A stretch of 64,000 bases of DNA, taken from the NCBI GenBank assembly GCA_023229175.1, contig JALNZV010000007.1:18550-82549 (forward strand). The letters are read 5' to 3'. The stretch's first letter is position 1, and every line of letters begins with the position of its first letter. The notes under the pieces were generated by a model. It saw only the letters and a program-made list of their open reading frames with translations, was not told the DNA's origin and did no database searches. Below are positions 60,306 through 64,000 of this stretch, piece after piece. This DNA comes from Tissierellaceae bacterium (GTDB lineage Bacteria; Bacillota; Clostridia; Tissierellales; Tissierellaceae). The position numbers were made by a program, and so were the translations under genes.

Positions 60306-60450
60306 ATGAAATTTTTTAGTCCTACATCAGAATTAAAAGAATTATTACTATTACAACATATAGAAAAAAAATCCAGATACAACACAAAAAGAAATAGCTA
60401 ATGTAATAGATGGAGCCCCATCTATGGTCAATTATTTAGGTAGATCTATC
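60306..60450 (+). pseudogene. Fragment of a winged-helix (MarR/ROK-N-terminal-like) regulator gene, frameshifted in an A8 run
   Basis: MKFFSPTSELKELLLLQHIEK then A8 (60364-60371). One fewer A restores NPDTTQKEIANVIDGAPSMVNYL. The frame then runs into repeat sequence. Confidence 0.5.
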
Positions 60451-60583
60451 GTTGCACACCGTTATGAAACGAGGAATGAATTGTCACCTGAAAGTGCAAC
60501 GACAAATAAAACGATGGGATAATCGTTGCAAAACTATAATATTTATGGTAAGGTTATACTATAAATATTCTGGAGGTGTGTTT

Positions 60584-61858
60584 ATGGATGATAAGGAGAA
60601 ATACAACTTGGAATTCAAAGTAGAAATCACAAGAACTTTTCTGAAGACTGTCAGTGCATATGCTAATTATAATGACGGAGAAATAATATTCGGTGTTGAT
60701 GATAATGGGGACCCAGTAGGTATAAATGAAGCAAAAGATGAATCCATAAGAGTAGAGAATATGATAAATGATTCTATAGCTCCTGTTCCTAATTTCGATA
60801 TAGAAACCAGAGAGCTAGAAGGCAAGACAATTATTGCATTAATAGTAAAAAAGGGTAAGGATACGCCCTATTATTATCAAGGAAAGGCTTATAAAAGGTC
60901 TGATACTTCTACAGTAGAGGTGGATAGATTTGAGCTACGAAGGTTAGCTATAGAAGGAATAAATATGGATTATGAGGAAAGAAAAGCATCTTGTCAAGAT
61001 TTAAATTTTAATGTACTAGAATCTAAATTAAAAGAAAAGGCTGGGGTAGAAAAAGTTAATCTAGATGTTTTAAAAACCCTAAATTTATTTAGCAGAGATG
61101 GATATTACAACATCGCAGGAGAATTATTAGCGGACAGTAATAATATAGCTTTTTCAGGAATTGATATAGTGAGGTTTGGAAAAGACACTAATATAATTCT
61201 TTATAGGGAGACTATCAGTAACAAATCTTTATTGGCACAATATGATAGGGCAGTGGAGATTTTTGAACAATACTACCTATATGAAGAAATAGAAGGCTAT
61301 AAGCGAATGAAAAAGGAGCTAATACCAAGAGAAGCCTTTAGAGAATCCTTAGCTAACTCAATAGTCCATAGAGTCTGGGATATAAATTCCTATACCCAAA
61401 TAGCCATGTATGAAGACAGGATAGAAATTAATTCTCCAGGAGGATTGCCTAAGGGTATTTCGGAGGAAGAATATTTATATGGAAATATTTCAATTTTAAG
61501 AAACCCTATAATTGCAGGTGTTTTCCATAGGTTAGATATCATAGAGAAGTTTGGAACAGGTATAGCGAGAATTAATGAAGAATATACACATAGCATATCG
61601 AAACCATCTTTTGATGTAAGTGAAAACAATATAAAGATAGTTTTGCCAATTACTGAAATTGGTAAATTGAATTTAAGTGGTGATGAAATGCTTGTTTATA
61701 GAATCTTTAAAGAAGAAATTGAGCTTTCACGATCAGAGATAGACTTAAAATCTGGGTTTGAAAAGTCAAAAACCCTTAGGATTATTAGTGGTCTTATTGA
61801 TAAAAATATTATCCAGAGGATGGGTAGTGGTGCTGGAACAACTTATAGATTAAAATAA
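60584..61858 (+). CDS. AlbA_2 (Schlafen-like) DNA-binding domain / HATPase_c_4 / C-terminal wHTH protein
   Basis: N-terminus KEKYNLEFKVEI...VSAYANYNDGEIIFGVDDNGDPVGI, mid-region ANSIVHRVW...IEINSPGGLP, and C-terminus FGTGIARI. A GGAGGTG SD precedes the ATG at 60584. Confidence 0.75.
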   Translation: MDDKEKYNLEFKVEITRTFLKTVSAYANYNDGEIIFGVDDNGDPVGINEAKDESIRVENMINDSIAPVPNFDIETRELEGKTIIALIVKKGKDTPYYYQGKAYKRSDTSTVEVDRFELRRLAIEGINMDYEERKASCQDLNFNVLESKLKEKAGVEKVNLDVLKTLNLFSRDGYYNIAGELLADSNNIAFSGIDIVRFGKDTNIILYRETISNKSLLAQYDRAVEIFEQYYLYEEIEGYKRMKKELIPREAFRESLANSIVHRVWDINSYTQIAMYEDRIEINSPGGLPKGISEEEYLYGNISILRNPIIAGVFHRLDIIEKFGTGIARINEEYTHSISKPSFDVSENNIKIVLPITEIGKLNLSGDEMLVYRIFKEEIELSRSEIDLKSGFEKSKTLRIISGLIDKNIIQRMGSGAGTTYRLK

Positions 61859-61951
61859 ACTAAAAAAGCTATTAGAGCAGGAAATTGCAGAAAAGTATCA
61901 ATAGAATGTGGCAGTGGAGCATCGGGGGGAGAAAAACTGACTAAAAATCTG

Positions 61952-62057
61952 CCCTTGACACAAAAGTAAAACCTGCTATAATATACTAGTGTCAAGTATC
62001 ACAAGAATTTTATGGGAGTAGATGGGTGCTGGTGTGCCCACTGGTCTTCAAAACCAG
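61952..62057 (+). repeat. Direct repeat copy B (the functional selC promoter and tRNA 5' half)
   Basis: See 59911-60016. Confidence 0.9.
61955..61982 (+). promoter_or_regulatory. selC promoter
   Basis: TTGACA, 16 nt spacer, TATAAT. It is bracketed by the inverted repeat CTTGACAC/GTGTCAAG. Confidence 0.65.
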
Positions 62058-62110
62058 CTTGAGGCGTTAGGAGCGTCTTAGGTGAGTTCGATTCTCACAT
62101 ACTCCCGCCA
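62014..62110 (+). tRNA. selC: tRNA-Sec (anticodon UCA), CCA encoded
   Basis: Sequence GGGAGTAGATGGGTGCTGGTGTGCCCACTGGTCTTCAAAACCAGCTTGAGGCGTTAGGAGCGTCTTAGGTGAGTTCGATTCTCACATACTCCCGCCA. It has a long acceptor and D stems, a long variable arm and anticodon loop CUUCAAA. Confidence 0.92.
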
Positions 62111-62139
62111 CAAGAAAAAAGCGACCTAGGTCGCTTTTT
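62092..62139 (+). repeat. Direct repeat copy 1: last 19 nt of tRNA-Sec plus its terminator
   Basis: 47 of 48 nt identical to 62729-62776. Confidence 0.9.
62114..62139 (+). terminator. selC terminator
   Basis: Hairpin aaaaaagcgacc-tagg-tcgcttttt. Confidence 0.85.
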
Positions 62140-62192
62140 AATCATTTTCGCCATTGTATATTAAATGTCTTATAAAACTAAGTGAGTTTCAA

Positions 62193-62597
62193 TTAATTAT
62201 CTAGTCCTAGATATTCTTTTAAAGCTGATTGCAAAACTTGAGAGAAATTAACTTTATTTTCTTCTGCAAGTTTGTTAAGCCATTGAGGAATAGTTAATGT
62301 TTTCTTTACAGATAGGTTTTCTATGGCGGGGCGAATTAAGGGCATATAAACTTCAACTAATACTGCCCTTTGATTTATGTCTAAGGGTACCTTATTTAAA
62401 GGAGTAGGGTCGGGAATTTCATCGCTGTCATCTTCAAGGCCATATAAATGAAGACCCATGGCATCCTTGGCCATATACATAGCTTCTTCATCTGTATCTG
62501 CACAAGAAAAACATCCAGGTAGATCGGGGAACGAAACTGATATTCCATCATCATCATAATTAAATACTGCTGGATACATATATTTGTCTTTTTTCAT
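62193..62597 (-). CDS. hicB: HicB-family antitoxin (RHH/CopG-like C-terminus)
   Basis: N-terminus MKKDKYMYPAVFNYDDDGISVSFPDLPGCFSCADTDEEAMYMAKDAMGLHL. An AAGGAG SD precedes the ATG at 62597. Confidence 0.85.
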   Translation of the reverse strand: MKKDKYMYPAVFNYDDDGISVSFPDLPGCFSCADTDEEAMYMAKDAMGLHLYGLEDDSDEIPDPTPLNKVPLDINQRAVLVEVYMPLIRPAIENLSVKKTLTIPQWLNKLAEENKVNFSQVLQSALKEYLGLDN

Positions 62598-62637
62598 TAC
62601 AGGTCTCCTTTCTCTTAAAATTCGAAAGCAAAAGGAA

Positions 62638-62688
62638 CTAATCTTTGATATCAATTCCTGCTTGTTTTAAAATGCTAAAAACTGTATT
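62638..62688 (-). pseudogene. hicA: Relic 3' end of hicA toxin gene (16 codons)
   Basis: Reads NTVFSILKQAGIDIKD* directly upstream of hicB. ILKQAGI is the characteristic HicA C-terminus. An in-frame TGA lies immediately upstream. Confidence 0.6.
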
Positions 62689-62693
62689 TCAAC

Positions 62694-62722
62694 ATTATAA
62701 CACGTATAAAAATACGTGTCAA
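62694..62722 (-). promoter_or_regulatory. Promoter with embedded perfect palindromic operator
   Basis: Minus strand: TTGACA, 17 nt spacer, TATAAT. The palindrome ACACGTAT-nnnn-ATACGTGT (62700-62719) runs from the last three bases of the -35 hexamer through the spacer to one base short of the -10. Confidence 0.65.
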
Positions 62723-62728
62723 TCAATT

Positions 62729-62776
62729 TTCTCACATACTCCCGCCACAACAAAAAAGCGACCTAGGTCGCTTTTT
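62729..62776 (+). repeat. Direct repeat copy 2 of the selC 3' end plus terminator
   Basis: See 62092-62139. Confidence 0.9.
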
Positions 62777-64000
62777 TATACTACGAGTGCTCTTTTATCA
62801 GAGAATTTCTCGTAAGTTTTTTCTGTAACTATTTCTTCCAATATATCCACTACCTTGTGTACATCTTCAAAAGAATTATATAGGGCAACAGGTGCAAGCC
62901 TTATGACATTTGGCTCACGGAAATCAGGTATTACATTTTTTTCCTTTAGTGCCAAGCTAATTCTATAAGCATCGTCGTGCTCAAGGGCGATATGTCCACC
63001 ACGTCTATTGTGATCCTTTAAGGTGCCATTTTTGAAACCATATTTCTCTAATCTATTTTCAATCAAGAAAACTAAATAGTCCGTTAAGAATAAAGACTTC
63101 TCTCGAATATTATGGATGCCAGCCGCATTAAATAGTTTAAGAACTCCCTCAATAGGTGCCATGGACAGCATATTGGGTGTACCAGTAAGCCATGCATCTG
63201 CGTCAAGCTCTGGGTCGTGTCTGTGATCCATTAAAAATTGAGATTCTTTTTTGTTTCCAAACCAACCAGCCAAACCAGGGTCAGTGCCAAAATGTTTCTT
63301 GTTTATATAAAGGGCTGCATTGGAGCCAGGTCCACCGGACAAATGCTTGTAAGTACACCATACAGCAAAGTCAGGGTCGACCTTTTTAAAATCGTGGGGT
63401 ACAGAACCAATAGAATGACTTAAATCCCAACCTACGATTATTCCCTTGTCATGACCTGCCTTTGTCAATCTCTCCATATCAAGTAGCTGGGCAGATCTGT
63501 AGAGCACACTTGGCAATAGAGCTACTGCAACATCGTCTGTCATAGCCTCTATTATATCATCCTCTTCGATATTTCTCCCGTCCCTGGATTTTACCACTTT
63601 AATAGCTTTATCTGGGTCCAAGCCATGTAACTTAACTTGGCTAGCTACTGCATGGGCATCAGATGGAAAATTCAACTCATCGACTAAAATCTTATATCTC
63701 TCTCCAGTTGGTCTGTAAAATGTAGCTAGAGCAGAATGTATATTCATAGTAGTATTGTTGGTAATTGTGATTTCATTTTCGTCAGCATTGACAAGTGGTG
63801 CAGATAGGCCGCCTAAATACTGAGGGTACTTGAAATACTTGCCGTCCTTTACATTCCATATAAGGATTTTTTCTTTTTTCCATACATCTAACATTTCCAG
63901 TAAGCTTTCCTCAGCGTCCTTGGAGCAAGCACCTAAGGAATTTCCGTCAAAATATAATTCACCTTCACCTAAATAAAATCGTTCCCTGTAGGATTTCAGT
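62776..64000 (-). CDS. kynU: Kynureninase (PLP-dependent); the N-terminus lies beyond the window end
   Basis: Motifs FAVWCTYKHLSGGPGS (PLP Lys), LYFDGNSLG and WLTGTPN. The frame stays open upstream of the listed Met to position 64000 (..LKSYRERFYLGEGELYFDGNSLGACSKD..). Confidence 0.85.
   Translation of the reverse strand, partial: LKSYRERFYLGEGELYFDGNSLGACSKDAEESLLEMLDVWKKEKILIWNVKDGKYFKYPQYLGGLSAPLVNADENEITITNNTTMNIHSALATFYRPTGERYKILVDELNFPSDAHAVASQVKLHGLDPDKAIKVVKSRDGRNIEEDDIIEAMTDDVAVALLPSVLYRSAQLLDMERLTKAGHDKGIIVGWDLSHSIGSVPHDFKKVDPDFAVWCTYKHLSGGPGSNAALYINKKHFGTDPGLAGWFGNKKESQFLMDHRHDPELDADAWLTGTPNMLSMAPIEGVLKLFNAAGIHNIREKSLFLTDYLVFLIENRLEKYGFKNGTLKDHNRRGGHIALEHDDAYRISLALKEKNVIPDFREPNVIRLAPVALYNSFEDVHKVVDILEEIVTEKTYEKFSDKRALVV

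Larger units (their letters stand above)
60017..61951 (+). mobile_element. About 1.9-kb integration islet in selC (no integrase present; decayed)
   Basis: Bounded by the 106-bp direct repeats. Contains a terminator, repeat motifs, an HTH gene fragment and one intact cargo gene. Confidence 0.5.
62140..62728. mobile_element. About 0.6-kb remnant islet carrying hicB and a hicA relic
   Basis: Flanked by the 48-bp att-like direct repeats of the selC 3' end. No recombinase is present. Confidence 0.5.

Overview
A 64 kb chromosomal segment from a low-GC, Gram-positive, Clostridia-like anaerobe. That placement is a guess from gene content and codon style, since no search was possible. Genes run almost entirely on the + strand up to about 41 kb. 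Most of the window is conserved housekeeping: polA-coaE, two tRNA-Leu genes, rnfCDGEAB, maf-radC-mreBCD-PBP2-minCDE, a radical-SAM/RNase G block, rplU-prp-rpmA-obg-nadD-yqeK-rsfS, comEA, selD-selA-selB, an osmoprotectant ABC transporter behind a c-di-AMP riboswitch, alr and a MATE pump.

Five things stand out.
1. A cell-surface redox module at 10.6-15.2 kb: a tandem-rhodanese lipoprotein, a multihaem cytochrome c, and ResB/CcsA (System II cytochrome c maturation). The cytochrome frame is split only by an in-frame TGA (11926-11928). The downstream 10-haem part has no export signal of its own. I therefore read it as one membrane-anchored 11-haem candidate selenoprotein.
2. selD is itself a selenoprotein (UGA at codon 14), and the ORF track truncates it.
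3. A PplA-like lipoprotein with two FMN-binding domains plus an ApbE/FmnB flavin transferase sit directly after minE. This resembles a flavin-based extracellular electron transfer module.
4. The tRNA-Sec (selC) locus carries two decayed integration islets. One is bounded by a 106-bp duplication of the selC promoter plus the tRNA 5' half. The other is bounded by a 48-bp duplication of the tRNA 3' end plus terminator and carries an orphan hicB with a hicA relic.
5. Smaller oddities: a very long PBP2, an orphan OmpR-type regulator after selB, a signal-less GC-rich LysM protein, and a KaiC-like protein with degenerate Walker motifs.

All product calls rest on motif and family recognition by eye. 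No database search, folding or alignment was run.
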